Positions 61,426 through 64,000 of a stretch of DNA of 64,000 nucleotides are shown piece by piece. Source of the DNA: Escherichia phage vB_EcoM_SA21RB; the sequence record OL960580, one strand, 5' to 3'. Each line of letters starts with the position of its first letter. The stretch's first letter is position 1. The translations under genes and the position numbers were made by a program. Under the pieces are notes generated by a model. The model searched no databases. It had not been told where the DNA came from and worked only from the letters and a program-made list of their open reading frames with translations.

Positions 61426-64000
<2,575 letters not shown>

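Overview
This window is a 64-kb segment of a T4-like (T-even) myovirus genome. Gene lengths and order match phage T4 almost one-for-one, but the lysozyme differs from the T4 sequence I remember at two residues, so this is a close relative rather than T4 itself. Coordinates 1-43958 are early/middle and a few late genes on the minus strand: recombination nuclease 46/47, alpha-glucosyltransferase, late sigma factor gp55, anaerobic ribonucleotide reductase nrdD/nrdG, endonuclease VII, nrdC thioredoxin, a long run of small uncharacterised early ORFs, rI, tk, regB, internal proteins, lysozyme e, nudE, a cluster of 11 tRNAs, ipI, 57B/57A, and genes 1, 3, 2, 4. Coordinates 44006-64000 are late structural genes on the plus strand: baseplate 53, 5, 5.1, 5.4, 6-12, fibritin wac, neck 13/14, tail terminator 15, and terminase 16 plus the 5-prime part of 17. 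Sigma70-like T4 early promoters, TATAAATA late promoters and GC-rich hairpin terminators are visible throughout. I found no CRISPR array, integrase, transposase or homing endonuclease. I did not find a clearly new system; the best candidates for follow-up sit in the early accessory regions: a four-gene paralog array with coiled-coil tails, a P-loop ATPase next to a minimal-nucleotidyltransferase-like protein, a macro-domain protein, several capsid-targeted internal-protein-like genes, and three extra tRNAs. All calls rest on reading motifs by eye and on remembered T4 gene order; no database search was run. Antisense ORFs inside large genes and ORF 4827-5033 are left unannotated.
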